Positions 29,266 through 42,839 of a DNA stretch of 64,000 nucleotides are shown piece after piece. The position numbers and the translations under genes were made by a program. Source of the stretch: Eledone cirrhosa. Lineage: Eukaryota. The number at the start of each line of letters is the position of its first letter. Position 1 is the first letter of the stretch. The DNA lies in assembly GCA_964016885.1 (NCBI GenBank), contig OZ024742.1, positions 34,038,001 through 34,102,000 of the forward strand, written 5' to 3'. The notes beneath the pieces were generated by a model that saw only the letters and a list, made by a program, of their open reading frames with translations, was not told the origin of the DNA and made no database searches.

Positions 29266-30370
29266 GGGGGTTGTCTATTACCTGATGGCCAGACTAGTGC
29301 ATTTATATGAGAGATCGGATCTCCGGACCATACCGAAGATTTACTGGAGATGCAGGCAAGCAATGACCCGGAGCCTACCGGGTGGCATATATAATAGTGG
29401 GACCATACCAGGTCCTACTGTTATATTACATTTGCATGGAGCAGTGACTTGAGAGTCTGACTCCTCTTATAGAACGTTCAGATATGACACCCCTTAATTA
29501 ATGGTTGGCAATCATCCTAGTATATACACCCTTGTACTTCTTAATGAACAACTCTCTAACTTATAAATGGGTACCATACTCTAGATATTAGTTATAACTT
29601 CACATGATAGGCACGTATTTGAATCACCATTAATGTAGTTTAGCATAGTAATGTAACTAAAATAACTAGCTAGTTACCTCCCCTTACGCATTAATTCCCC
29701 TTAATCATTCAGGCACTTCCGGAATCTGGACAGCATGATATATTAATTAAGAACCGACTGGATACGGTTTATAGCTTGACTATATGCTGAACCACTGCGA
29801 ATTATACGATAGACGCGTGTTCTCTATATATATATTGCGTCTCATGGATTATGTGAGTGGTGGTGTGAGCAAGGACAGTGGTACGACCTTGCCTACGATA
29901 CAATAAGGTTTATAGTATGTTGAAGGTTTTTGATATTTTGGTGTTTCCCCGCATCCGAGACTGTATATCATACAGATGTATGAGAATAAATGACTTAATA
30001 ATTCAGCCTATATAATAAGATCGATTGCCTGCTTCAACTGCCTGACCCTGCAAATATCATTCTGACGCACTCTAATCATGTATAGATAAGACAAGCGTGC
30101 ATGCTACACGGGAGATTGCTTCATGCACTGACTACTCTAAGCTTTCCTCTTGCTTTATCTTTATAGACTGCCAACGCTTCATATTTATCTTTATTTTCAC
30201 TCTTATTTTCACTCTTGCTTTTATTTTATTTTATTTTTATCATGTAACACTTTATATGTAAATTGCCATGCTATTTCATTTGATGAATGTCACCCCACTG
30301 TTGATCAATATGCGCATATGTTTTATGTGTCTCTTGGGTTGAAAAGGAGGTCAAGTATGTTATAAATAGC

Positions 30371-30417
30371 TGCTCCGAAGAATCCAAACCTCGGTTTGGA
30401 GGAAACAATTGTAAGCA
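30371..30417 (+). ncRNA. Minimal type I hammerhead, CCGAAGA core (mirror copy 26317-26363, minus)
   Basis: tgct CCGAAGA atccaaacctcggtttggag GAAAC aatt GTA agca; palindromic stem III. Confidence 0.78.
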
Positions 30418-30947
30418 AATAAATGACTTAAACTGAACTTTGATTACTGTAATCTCTATATAACTGCTCTGTATAACAACTGATGTTATTACATTGAGCT
30501 ATTTATCTTACTGGTAATAGGATAGTAATTAAAGACTATCTCTCACTATTTAGGGTTTGTGTATATATAATATATTACCATCAAAGGTTTTATTGCATAC
30601 ATAACCATAAATAGTACCCTTAATACTTATATATATATATATATAAATTACACAATAATCAAAGCTATGTTAAAATCATTTTATTGTTGACAATCGTTTC
30701 TATTCTATAATAGAATGAACATACGGGGAACTAGCCCCCAGAAACGATCGTAAAATAATGAATTACCTGTATTTTGTTTAATTTCATTGCTTTTACTATT
30801 TGTATTATTTTGACTCTGCTTCAAATGAATTATATCGTCGAAATTTTGTATTTTAAACTTTGCATCACGACATCTTCTACATACCGATTACATTGAGTTC
30901 TTCATACGGTTTGGACCCTACCATTAATTAGTGGATTTATCTGTGTA

Positions 30948-30997
<50 letters not shown>

Positions 30998-31310
30998 AGG
31001 CGGGTTTCTCCGGAGACTTGTTCAACCAGATTACACTAAAACAATATTGGTCAATCGTTTAAAACGTATATATATGATCATTTTGCCACCGTTACAAAAA
31101 TACTGATAAACTGATAACATATGGACATTTGTTTAAACTATTCAGTAAAGCAAATAATATGCATTTATATGTATGACGAATAATTTAAACGATAATCCGA
31201 AATTGCAGCTTATTCGCCACACGTACAGTGCTATAGAGAATATATAGCACTTTAATTACATGCTACAGAAATACACACATTACATTTCCACATCAACACA
31301 AACGCATTAC

Positions 31311-31494
31311 CAGACCTGTCAACTCTCCCAGTTCAACGGGAAGATCTACTACTCACTTTGGGGTGGGTGAGAGATGTCTTCTCTTGTGAAAACGAGTATA
31401 GCTTTCATTATGTAAAATCTACCAATCTTGCCGTTTGGGGGCTATTTTGTTAATGGTACCCCTCGTTTGGGTTTTTTAGCGGTTGGCAAGTCTG
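31311..31494. mobile_element. MITE with 13-bp TIRs and a 6-bp target duplication
   Basis: cagacctgtcaac ... gttggcaagtctg, flanked by cattac on both sides. Confidence 0.7.
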
Positions 31495-31621
31495 CATTAC
31501 ATTTCGATAGCAACATATAGGTTACACTTCCACATCTAAATACATACATAACAGTTCGATATCAACACATATATTACACATCCATACCAACACATGCATT
31601 ACACCTCCACAGTAGCATATA

Positions 31622-31700
31622 CAGAGTGTCACAAAAAATGTATACATACTTTTATTAGAATGCTGTAGAAGTATGTATACATTTTTGGAGGGACACCCTG
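31622..31700. mobile_element. Tc1/mariner-type MITE
   Basis: TIRs cagagtgtcacaaaaaatgtatacatac / gtatgtatacatttttggagggacaccctg with TA on both sides. Confidence 0.75.
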
Positions 31701-32052
31701 TATATATAGGTTACACCTCTACAGCAGCATGTAGGGTACATTTCCACAGCATCACATACAATTCACCTCCATATCAAAACACACTGATATATCTCGACAT
31801 ATTGAAAGCTTTATTTTCAACGCTAAATCGATCTTTTTCAAGACAATGAAAGGTCACACACTTCAATATCAACGAATGCTGTAGACGAAGTTATCCATAA
31901 TCAGTTTCCAACGATAAAGGTACTGATTTAATATTTATCATTTCTTCACTTCAGACTTCTATTCTTCAGGTTTCCACTTTGATAAAGTTTAACGATTTTA
32001 ATAACCGTTTCATATATTGATAAAATAATCTTTAATATCTAAAGGGAAGATA

Positions 32053-32500
32053 GGGTGGTGGATTGGCAGAATCGGTAGAGTGTTTAATAAAATGCCATTG
32101 TGGTTTCTGTTTAAGCTGCTTACTTTGAGTTGAAATCCAGCCAAGGTCAACTTTGCCTTTTATCCTTCCAAGTAGATAAAATAAAATACGAGTCAATTAC
32201 TGGGGTTGATTTAATCAGCTTAACCATTGCCTCAAACATGCTCGTCCTGGGCCTAAGTTAGAAATCAAGATCTAACCTGAGGTTGGCCAGTGTATTGACA
32301 GAATCGCTAGAACGTCAAATAAATGCTTAGCAGTATTTTTTAGGTTCTTTATGTTGTGAGTTCAAAACCGGCAGATGTCAAATTTGTCTTTTATCATTTG
32401 AGGGTCTATAAAATAAAGTACAAGTCAAGTACAGGGGTCGATTTAATTGGGGGTTCACCTCCAATTAAATGGCTGTCCTTGTGCCTAAATTAGAAGTCAG
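32053..32500 (+). mobile_element. Two tandem SINE copies (32053-32265, 32280-32500)
   Basis: Each has ttggcagaatcg...gagttcaaa...gataaaataaa...ggggtcgatttaat...gcctaaattagaa. Confidence 0.75.
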
Positions 32501-32519
32501 TATCTATCCTTAGGTTAAT

Positions 32520-33200
32520 AAGATAAGCTTTCTACGAGCGTAAGCATTGATATATGATTTAGCAGGCCTTCCTTAGTTTTCTTTCCATCGTAGAGCTGGC
32601 TTTGCATGAGGACTCGTGGAATTCTATCGTCATTCGTTCCGACAACGTGACCAATCCATCTTAATTGGGATGGCAAAAGCTAGGTTTCAATGCCACCGAT
32701 TCTATCTTTAGAATTTGGTCAACATTTGAAATTTAATGATTTAATCTCTATCCACAAATGGTCTGAAGAAAACAAGCTGGCTTATGTCTGATCGAAAGGA
32801 CACACAAGATTCCGAAACGTACAGGAAATGAAAAGATCTGCAGGTTTGTATACATTTATTTTTATTTTCAATGATATTCCCCGTTCATCCCGCAGAGGAT
32901 GACGAAGAATGCCGAAATCATTTGTAGCTTTGGCTACACAGTTGACTATTTCATCACTCCGAGTGGTATATAAGTTCATTTTACTCCCCAGATTTGTGAA
33001 TACCTTTATGAATTTCAGGTTTTGCCATGGATAACTATGGGAGTGGTAGGGAACTGATGAATTATTGTTTGTTGTATCATACATTTAATTTGACTGAGTG
33101 TAGGCCTAGACTGGTGGACAACTTCAGCTTTTTAATACTGAGACCGAAGGCTTTGCTCGCATTAGAGAATCGATAGACACGTTTCCAAGAAACTTTCATA
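32520..33200 (-). pseudogene. RTE-clade LINE remnant (RT C-terminal region)
   Basis: FTNLGS...DEIVNCVAKATNDFGIL...GISLKIKINVYK matches the RTE pattern F.YLGS...EI..RI.KA...F..L...TK..VY. Confidence 0.7.
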
Positions 33201-33836
33201 GATCTTCCAAAAAATACAGCATAATTTTACATGCTTTGTACTGTTCTAAAGGTGGAAAGAGCCCTAAAGTTGATCGTTGGAGCGTACACACACACATACA
33301 TCCAACCCATACATACATGCATAGATACTTACATAGATAGATATACATCGATACATACATACATACTTATAAACATACATACATACATACATACATAGAT
33401 AGATAGATACATACTTACATAGTTACATAGATAGATAGATACATATACGTATACCTATTTACATACATACATACATACTTACATACATAAATACATACAT
33501 ATATACATACATGCATACATATACCGCATATACAAACGTAATATGTAATCTCCATTATATTGTTAGACTATGTTTCGTTTTCATAGTTATTTCCCTTTTG
33601 TGTATCTCATTTCGTAGATCATTCTTTATCTCTTGTAATCTTCTGTTACCAAATTAGATTAAAAGCCAGTTGCTTTATCTGTTTTATTGGTTCACGATTT
33701 TCCAATAACAGATTTGAAAGTTTGCCAGATATCTACAATACTATGGAGAGGTTCAAATTTAACTCGTCTTCTGCTTTACAACATGACTGTTCCATGTAAG
33801 ACACGAAGCACGCATGTCACCTGATCTTAAACTTGT

Positions 33837-33919
<83 letters not shown>

Positions 33920-34504
33920 CGCGTGTGTGTGTGCGCGTGTGTGCGTGTGTGTGTGTGATTTAAAAAGAGTGTTCTTGTGAATATGTGAGCGTGTATGAAT
34001 GCCTCTATCACATTTTGTCATATTTTTGTAGTCTTTTTCTGTCTTACATGTCTATAACTTTTGTATTTTTATTATTTTATTCCTTCCCGGTCATTATATA
34101 TATGTATATATATGTATATAAATAAATATATATATATACATATAATATATACGTATGTATGTATGTATACACACACACACACATACCTATACACATACGC
34201 AGATGTGCGTATACGCTCCCGTATATCCATAAAAACACACTCGTATGTGCATAGACACAATAAATGAGCAGATAAATATGGTGGTGTACATACGTGTGTG
34301 TGTGTTCTCCTTTCCGGGTAGTGTTTTCGATGGTCAGAGAGTGGGATTGGTCGGTGCAAGGCCTTTCCCCACTTAAAAACCCTTCAAAGCTCAGGCATTA
34401 CTTGTTCAGGATATGTTACAGGTTTGTGTGACGGGCTGTAGCCTAAAGGTGCACCAAATTCTATAATCCTCCAAGCAATTGCAGTACTCTTAGCAGAGTT
34501 TTCA

Positions 34505-34543
<39 letters not shown>

Positions 34544-34589
34544 TATATGAATATATATATGTATATATAAATAAATATATATATATATA

Positions 34590-35027
34590 TATTATAAAGA
34601 AAACGAAAAATCAGTGATGCATCTGGACTTAGTTTATTTCGTGTTACAAATGTTTCGTCGGCATGTAGCTCGAGTCATGGTCCTTGTATGGATCTGGCTG
34701 ATTCTACTTCTGCGGGTTCTTTCAGACACGGGTGTTATGTCCGGAGCAAATTTTATCACAAATTTTATCAAATTTTATCAGTGATGAAATTTGCTCCGGA
34801 CATAACACCCGTGTCTGAAAGAACCCGCAGAAGTAGAATCAGCCAGATCCATACAAGGACCATGACTCGAGCTACATGCCGGCGAAACATTTGTAACACG
34901 AAATAAACTAAGTCCAGATGCATCACTGATTTTTCGTTTTCTTTATAATATCTACACTGTACTCTGATGAATATCGAGAGATAATTTTGGCATACCGCCT
35001 ACGGAAGCACCATAGCTACCACTATAC

Positions 35028-35030
<3 letters not shown>
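34590..35030 (+). mobile_element. Fold-back element with hammerhead and tail
   Basis: Arms ~34590-34759 and ~34781-34950, tail 34951-35030, flanked by (TA)n. Confidence 0.85.
34810..34900 (+). ncRNA. Type I hammerhead motif, CUGAAAGA core (one extra base), long stem II
   Basis: cgtgt CTGAAAGA acccgc...tgccggc GAAAC attt GTA acacg. Confidence 0.68.
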
Positions 35031-35083
<53 letters not shown>

Positions 35084-35177
35084 CATTTATCCGAGGGTTC
35101 TTAACACTACTAAATAATTTCTTTAATTTCTTTAGTCAAAATACGGCGATAACTTACATTTCTAATATATATATATG

Positions 35178-35215
<38 letters not shown>

Positions 35216-35225
35216 TATTTATATA

Positions 35226-35303
<78 letters not shown>

Positions 35304-35389
35304 TGTGATAAAAATTGTTTCATTCCTGATACTTTCATGGTATACGAAGCAGCACACGTTTCCCCTGATGTCACATAATGTTCTATGTG

Positions 35390-35900
35390 TACTTTTTATA
35401 CTTTAATTGCTATGATTTAATGTTTTGTATCTCGTTTCTTACTACCCTGGACAACGCTTGGCTTGTGTGTGATGCTGTAACTCCGGGTGGACCACCAATA
35501 TCGTTGGTAAGGGTTGAAACAGCCAAAATCCATTTCAACATCATCTGAGCCGGGCTGAGGCGAGCGCAAAACGCCCGAACCGTCCAAGATGCATCTGACT
35601 TGTATAAGATGGATCTGACTATTGGCTGAGTCCATCATAAAAAATAACCCCACCATATTCCTTTCGTCGGGAAAGACAGGTAGATTTCATATTCCTGGTG
35701 GATGTGGTGAAAGAGATTGTGTGGTGGACATGGTTGAAATGGCAGGTCAATATCTTCAAGTTTATCTTCAAAATGAAAATCCGAGTGAAGAGTGAAGTGC
35801 TACGAACCAGCCAGTTTTTTCAAATGCAGATTGGTGTTGCAACCATAGTCCGAGTCAACGGGCTTGCTGTGAGTATGCGCATAGGTTGGAGGTGGAAAGC
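35390..35900 (+). mobile_element. Old Tx1-like LINE remnants: a 3' UTR piece followed by an ORF2 C-terminus piece
   Basis: 35390-35540 aligns with 4300-4450. VKEIVWWT...KIRVKSEVL...VRVNG aligns with KKEVVWWT...RIRMEREVL...ARVNG of the 566-3993 ORF2. Confidence 0.75.
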
Positions 35901-36048
35901 TGGGAAAGAGTACTTGCCCTTGCGGTCTGGTTGTCATCATATGTTGTTGTTTGAAGTTATCAGTTTTTATATACTATGGATAAATAATCAAGATCGAAAT
36001 TTTATTCTTTTAACACGTTTCCACAACGATGAGCGGAAAAAATATAAT

Positions 36049-36236
36049 TGTTTCTATTTTTGACACAAGGTCAGCAATTATCCAGTGCATTACTGGTACT
36101 TTATTTTATCGACCTCATAAGGATGAAAGGCAAAGTTAACCTGGGCGGGATTTGAACTCAGAATGGCAAGGGCCGTAACTCTATGCGTCAAAGCATGGTG
36201 TCCGACCCTCTACCGATACTGCCAATCCACCGCCTG
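36049..36236 (-). mobile_element. SINE with a 19-bp target-site duplication
   Basis: tgagcggaaaaaatataat at 36030-36048 and 36237-36255. Confidence 0.85.
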
Positions 36237-36513
36237 TGAGCGGAAAAAATATAATGTAGAAATGAAAATGGTGAAAATCTATGTACAAACATCAATTTTC
36301 ATATTTAGATGAGCCGGCATATTATAATCTGAGAATTGGTTTGAGGAAGTTAGTGTTAAACATTAACACCACCAATTCTTGTGTCATCAGAGAGTTAATA
36401 AATCGAAGAAATAACATTTTTTATTCCATGATATAAAAGAAAATTACAGACAATAAATTAATTCACAGTTGTAGAAATAACATTACAAATATTGATGGAA
36501 ATATCATAGAAAA

Positions 36514-36723
36514 AGATATATAACCAGACGGTCGATATACCCACACTGGTGAACAAGATATATAACCAGACGGTCGATATACCCACACTGGTGAACAAGA
36601 TATATAACTAGACGGTCGATATACCCACACTGATGAACAAGATATATAACCAGACGGTTGATATACCCACACTGGTGAACAAGATATATAACCAGACGGT
36701 CGATATACCCACACGGGTGAACA
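36514..36723. repeat. 42-bp tandem repeat x5
   Basis: Unit gatatataaccagacggtcgatatacccacactggtgaacaa, with no unique spacers. Confidence 0.92.
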
Positions 36724-37013
36724 ACGCTGGTGCTTATGTAGATTTTAACACTGTACAGTACATCTGCTAATATACTGTTTAGAATAAAACATATTTTACG
36801 AAAATCGACCACTAATTAATTAAGTTATTAACATTTAAAATAGGGATTTTCCTTCCACCCAGCCTGTACAAGTTTTGCCAATCTCATAAATATATAAATA
36901 TTAACAGCTTTTGTTTGACATCAGCACAAAGCCACATATTATTCGAACCTGTCAATATACAAAGTACTATATTGTCAATGGTTTTAACGGCTTTTTTAGA
37001 TTCACTTAACAGG

Positions 37014-37057
<44 letters not shown>

Positions 37058-37189
37058 AACAGTAATTGATACTCGGAACTAATTTAATATTTTGATGTTT
37101 TTGTTTTGCTTTTTTTACCTTGTGTTGTCTTATTGTTATCTTCTGTTGTGTAACAGAAACAGATGCATTAGCTATTACAGATACTGTAC

Positions 37190-37310
37190 TACTGCTGTTG
37201 CTGTTGTTGCTGTTGTTGCTGATACTGCGCCTCTTGCTGTTTTACTGTTGTTGCTGTTGTTGTTGATGTTGGTGATGTTACTGATACTGCACCTCTTGTT
37301 GTTGTTACAG

Positions 37311-37351
<41 letters not shown>

Positions 37352-37482
37352 ACTGTTGTTGTTGTTGTGTTACTGCTGTTACGGTTGTTGTTACTGTTGT
37401 TAGGGTTGTTACTGTTGCTACTGTTGTTGTTGCTGTTGTTGCTGTTGTTACTGTTGTTACTGTTGTTGCTGTTGTTGTTGAT
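37190..37482. repeat. Degenerate (TTG)n/(CTG)n microsatellite
   Basis: Direct reading. Confidence 0.9.
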
Positions 37483-37618
37483 GCTAACAGTTTTCGAGCT
37501 ATCATACTGCTTTGTTATTGTTTCTTTATAGTTCGATCGCATAAACAATCAGACGATCGATATCCAGTTAGTTTAGTGTCTTATGAAATTACACAAACAC
37601 ACGTACACAGGCACACAG

Positions 37619-37737
<119 letters not shown>

Positions 37738-37764
37738 CACACAGAAACTCACTAAGTTTATATA

Positions 37765-38188
<424 letters not shown>

Positions 38189-38308
38189 GTGTATATGTGT
38201 GTGTGTTTGGGCGTGTATTTCTGTGTGCATGTGTTTCTCTATGTGTGTAAATGTACACATATATGCATGTATATATATATACATGTAACTATATATATAT
38301 ATATATAT

Positions 38309-38339
<31 letters not shown>

Positions 38340-38368
38340 CATATATATATATATATATATATATATAA

Positions 38369-38473
<105 letters not shown>

Positions 38474-38544
38474 CATGTACATATATGCATATATACATAT
38501 ATATATATATATGCATATATATATTATATCCGTGTGTATGTAAG

Positions 38545-38705
<161 letters not shown>

Positions 38706-39074
38706 ATGAAGGGTAAATGTTAATGAGAAATGTTAAGTTACGCTACCAAAGTTCCGGTCAATGTAATTCCTTGATCAGCAAGACATGTCGAATCATCTCA
38801 TCACAGGTAATCTCTACTATGTCACGGCTAAATATATCCGACCTGTCATATGAATGCAGAGGTACAGATCTCATAGATGATAATGGAGGAATACAGAAGA
38901 CAAGACATTTTGCTTTACTAACACGTTTATACTAGAATGAGTAGAAAAAATGCAGGATGAAATAGTGAAACCCTTACTCAAACCTACATAATGTGTATTA
39001 TGTCCGTGTATTATGTTCTTCCATATTCAGGTTACTGTTATTGAACTATAATATTATTGAAGATTAATTCGTCT

Positions 39075-39205
39075 AGAGCTTTATCTATGATGCCAAGGCA
39101 ACTGGTGTTATTACTGGCAACTGTGTCTTTCATCCTTACGGGGTCGATGAAATAAAGTACCAGTAATACACCGGGGAATTTGCTAGCCTTGAGCCAAAAG
39201 TAGAA
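39075..39205 (+). mobile_element. SINE fragment
   Basis: tctttcatccttacggggtcgatgaaataaagtaccag core. Confidence 0.6.
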
Positions 39206-39569
39206 ACAGTTACTACTGGCGATATTCCGTATATTATTTGCAAATATTATGAATTTAAAATCCATATACCTAACACATGTCTCTTCTGTTCTATCCTTGC
39301 ATTTATTATATTCTAAATTTGATTAGATTCTCTATCATTATATATTGATTATCTCTTAATTCCTTTGTTTTATATTCCTCACTCCGTTGATATTTTACGA
39401 GTATTTTCACTCTGATACATTATCTATCACGCCATATTCGTTCATTCTCTCTTTCGCCTTCACAGAACCGAATGTAATGAAGTTGTTGTCATATACAACT
39501 CACCGTTCATTTTTAATGATTTATTTTTTTCAGATATTATATAATTGTTGTGTTGTAGGTATGTGTTTT

Positions 39570-40330
39570 CATTGGCCACCATAGCGCAGTCCGGTTCACA
39601 TGACGTGCCGCTCTCAACTACTTATTGAGAATGAGCCTGGATGCGACAGGCTTCTCATCACAACTGGAGCCAGCAGGCCTCGACCGCGGATACGGAGAGC
39701 GTCCCTACGGAATTACACTCTACCCATTCGAAGGAGGTAAATCCCTCATCTGGGACGCTACATGCTGAGATACGTTCTCCACCTCCAACTTAGTCACTTC
39801 GGCTACAAACCCTGATACTGCGACCCTCAATGCAGAGGACAGAAAGAAAAACAAATACCGGAGCTTATCCGGCCGCTTCTTCTTCACACCGTACTGCCAA
39901 GCTCCTCCGTAAATTCCGATCGTCAGCAGCCGGTCTGAGAAAGGAAAGGAACCCCGCGTGGTAGGGTGGCTGTTGCAGCGAGTGTCCCGTCAATTGTCCG
40001 TGGAATTGCCTTTGCAGCCCAAACACCCGCAGCTCGAGGCATAGTGCCAATCACACTCTCCCCTTCTCCTCCCTTTCTTCCCTGGTCTTATAGTCCTCGC
40101 TTTTTCCCTTCTTTTCCTTTCATTTATGGTATTTATAGCCCTTTCTCCTAGTTTCCTATACTGTCAGACCTGCCCTTCTTTACCCTTTCCCCCCATCTGT
40201 TCGATGTTTGCTTTTGATTTTATCTCTTTTTAAAAAATTGTTTTAAAATTATGTTTTCAGTTGAAATTTCTATTTTTACATTAGATTAAACATGATTATA
40301 GATTTTAAACTGTTACAACATGAAGCACAT
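39570..40330 (+). mobile_element. CRE-like non-LTR retrotransposon 3' remnant (restriction-like endonuclease + UTR)
   Basis: [36 protein letters not shown]...KKNKYRSL; homologous to 42142-42731. Confidence 0.8.
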
Positions 40331-40419
40331 AACGTATGGAAATTATTTTAGGAAACGTCGTTTCTATAAGAAGTCTCCTCGATGAAAAACTGTGCTATAT
40401 ATATGCATATATGTATGTC

Positions 40420-40469
<50 letters not shown>

Positions 40470-40471
40470 TG

Positions 40472-40561
<90 letters not shown>

Positions 40562-41165
40562 TAGATAGATAGATAGATAGATATGTTTCTTTATTAGCCA
40601 CAGGGGTTACGGGCGTCACCGAATCAATTTTAGTGGCTACTGGGCATAGCTCACACACTCAATGAAATAATGTGTGCACTTAATAGGTTGCATGTTTCAT
40701 TTCAGAGCGAACACAATTAGTTGGTCATTGAGTTTTATGGCAGTATTCAAGTAATGGTGACGCTGATCGATCTCCTGGGCGGAATTCCGTTTCGTTGTAA
40801 TTTTCCGCCTGTAACAGTTATTAGATGCGTTATATGCGGAGTATTGCTTAACATCGGCGAATGTTACGTAATTGGGCTAATTACAACTGTTCTGTAGGGG
40901 GACCATACAATAACATATCGGTCAATAGGATGTGCACGATTAGCGAGTCTGCTAACTTCCCGATTCTCGTAGTTCACTACCGTGCTGTCACGTGACCTCC
41001 AAAGTCAGGAAAGGCGGATGTGGAAAGCATACACTGGCTGCTTGGTAGAATTCAAGCAACTAGGATTCCCACCAATAAAAGTACTCTACCATTCATTTTC
41101 AAACATCAAACACACACACACACATATATATATACATAGATACATACATACATACATTCATACAT

Positions 41166-41217
<52 letters not shown>

Positions 41218-41325
41218 TAATATAGAAAAGCTTCTACAGGACTAGAACTGTTTCATTCATGCGAAATCATCATATATATTATTTGTTAGATAATACAATA
41301 CCGAATTCTTGAGCAAATATATTTA

Positions 41326-41454
41326 TTGGTTTACAATTGTTTCAGAAATCAGATCAAAATTCAGTTCATAAAAATAAATATTATCGATTATATAATCGAT
41401 AACAACTGATGATAATAAAACTGAACCAAGAACTGACCTCATCTTCAGAACCAA
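41326..41454 (-). ncRNA. Type I hammerhead with ~98-nt stem II, in a PLE-type fragment (~41280-41700)
   Basis: ttggtt CTGAAGA tgaggtcag...ctgatttct GAAAC aatt GTA aaccaa. Confidence 0.78.
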
Positions 41455-42030
41455 AAAGAAAATATACATAAGACTCAAAAATACATGTCACTGATGGTGA
41501 GGACTACAAAAAACATGGAAAGCCAACCATATCACTTATCATTCGAAGGACCGAAAGAGAATTAAAATACATTCTAAAATCAAAGAAGGTAAACGTTTAA
41601 ATAATGGAAGTTAAAAGTTTAAAACAGGAAGTAAACAGGTGTAAATAACAAGGGGCATAAATATGATGAAAGGAGATATTTGATTATAAAAACTGCAGCC
41701 ATCAACAATAGCACTTTTATTACTAGTGTGGTGGATAAGAAGTATCATCATCACCATCAACACCGCCATCAAACAAACACCACCATCACCATCACCATCA
41801 CCATCACCATCACAACCACCACCACCACCACCACCACCATCACCACCACCATCACTACCAGCACCAGCACCAGCACCGGCACCACCACCACCATGACCAC
41901 CATGACCACCACCACCACCACCACCAGGTGTAGTGGTGGTGTTTATGGAATTGCTATTAGGTGTGGTGGTGCTAGTGATGGTGGTACTGGTGATCGTGGT
42001 GTTGGTGATGGTGGTGGTGGAAGTGCTGGT

Positions 42031-42731
42031 GTTTTCTAGTTATCAAACTTTAATAAGTGCTATTAAATAAGCTTTTTAGTACTTCAAAATTGTTGTAACT
42101 AAATTTTTTGAATCTGACTTATAAAGTGACAAGTGAGTCATTCATATTGGTGGCGTCCCCACAGCCCCAGCGGACAGAATGGGGAAGGCGTTTCCCCGGT
42201 GGACGGCAGGGGAGACGCGCTGGAAAAGCCATTCCAGCTTGCGGGGCTCACACCTGCGGCTGGTCAGCTTTGCGCCTATGGTGGTGAGTAGGGAGGTAGC
42301 CCTAGGGTCGAGGACACCAGAAGCCGCCACTGCCAGGGGTACAACCGCAAATTTGTCGGAGAGCGACCGGTACTTGAAGAGCTTGGCCTCCTTAGCCCGA
42401 CGTGCAGCAGAACCTGGGTTAGTCGCAGACTGCACCAGGTTGCGGCTGCAGAAAATGTCGGTGCAAGTGGCATCCCATACGAGGAGTTTTCCACCGCGGA
42501 TCGGGAAGAAGGTCATGCGATCCGGCCTTTTGTCGTCCCCTCGGTCCAGCGCCACCGGCTCGAGCTGGGAAGGGAGGCCTGCAGCGTCCAAGCAATGATT
42601 TATTACCACGTTGAGGGCAGCATGGCGTGGAAGGAGGCCGGCACTGTAGCGACAGAAAAGCGGGTGGAGGCTGAAAGTGTCCACGGTTGATCCACAGCGA
42701 CATTGGTGTGGCTCCCAAATCCGGAGGCCGA
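42031..42731 (-). mobile_element. CRE-like non-LTR retrotransposon, 5'-truncated (zinc knuckle + restriction-like endonuclease, frame 42142-42731)
   Basis: CRCG..VD...H.L.C, RH..LN, EP..L.R.D.KRPD, LVWDAT, K..KY, GNA. Flanked by a diverged ~65-bp direct repeat. Confidence 0.88.
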
Positions 42732-42839
42732 GTGTGGCGGTGCTAGTGATGGTCGTGCTGGTGCTGGTGGTGCTGGTGATGGTGGTGGTGTTTGTGGAAG
42801 CACTAGTAGGTGTGGCAGTGCTGGTGATGATGATGGGGG

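Larger units (their letters stand above)
25966..30946. mobile_element. Young Penelope-like retroelement, 5'-truncated, with 1.5-kb inverted arms and a 3' tail
   Basis: 25966-27469 is the reverse complement of 29263-30768 with only a handful of mismatches. Tail 30769-30946; (TA)n on both sides. Confidence 0.93.

Noticed and set aside
26369-30365. Duplicated 71-aa ORF (26369-26584 and 30150-30365)
   Set aside because: Lies in the mirrored PLE 3' UTR arms; low complexity, non-ATG start, no recognisable motif.
36514-36723. CRISPR-like appearance of the 42-bp repeats (also the 45-bp and 49-bp arrays)
   Set aside because: Head-to-tail units with no unique spacers, eukaryotic context, no cas genes.
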